In this document: positions 63,781 through 64,000 of the stretch, piece after piece
Layout: every line of letters starts with the position of its first letter
Numbering within the stretch: the first letter of the stretch is position 1
Source of the DNA: Chrysomallon squamiferum
Lineage: Eukaryota > Animalia > Mollusca
Direction: 5' to 3'
Length of the DNA: 64,000 nucleotides
Assembly: GCA_012295275.1 (NCBI GenBank)
Contig: CM022675.1
Coordinates: 4,836,001-4,900,000 of the forward strand
Made by a program: the position numbers and the translations under genes
The notes under the pieces: model-generated
Database searches by the model: none
What the model saw: the letters and a program-made list of their open reading frames with translations, nothing else
Told to the model about the DNA's origin: nothing

Positions 63781-64000
63781 TATATCTTTTTGTTTTCTTC
63801 TCTTTATGTTTATATGCGAAACTTCTTAAGCAAGACGATATAAATCCGAGTTTTGCTAATACGAGCCACGAAGCAGATATTAATAGAAAGAGGAATGTAA
63901 AACTGATCACGAGTCTATTGTGGGTAAAATTTGTCAAATGAAACGTTCAGCACACACAGCTAGCAGCCTCACGATAAAAGTTTATCAGAGAATGGGTCCA

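Overview
AT-rich, microsatellite-dense eukaryotic DNA, probably from an invertebrate (a mollusc is plausible, but this is inference only), with one 200-N scaffold gap at 21930-22129. Almost the whole window is a tandem and inverted cluster of one multi-exon gene family, built from ~8-10 kb units. Splicing by eye (GT-AG sites, phases consistent across copies) gives a 10-exon type-I membrane receptor. Exon 1 is a signal peptide, exon 2 the N-half of a C-type-lectin-like domain (CTLD), exons 3-4 a WSC domain, exon 5 the CTLD C-half, exons 6-7 a second degenerate CTLD, exon 8 a Ser/Thr stalk, exon 9 the TM helix, and exon 10 a Tyr-rich tail with ITAM/ITIM-like motifs. Copies on +: A (3' end only in this window), two orphan TM+tail modules A2 and A3, and B. 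Copies on -: C, D, E, F and an exon-1-only stub G. There is also an orphan exon 6 on +. The copies are exon-level mosaics, and each of the five multi-exon copies B-F carries at least one apparent lesion. A large inverted duplication links ~1-17.9 kb with ~52.1-59.9 kb. Also present: a telomere-motif satellite at two gene breakpoints, a promoter-proximal 27-bp VNTR, a 29-bp minisatellite, and Tc1/mariner, MITE, LINE and SINE remnants. Most ORFs in the supplied track are microsatellite artefacts. All gene models are manual and have no RNA support.
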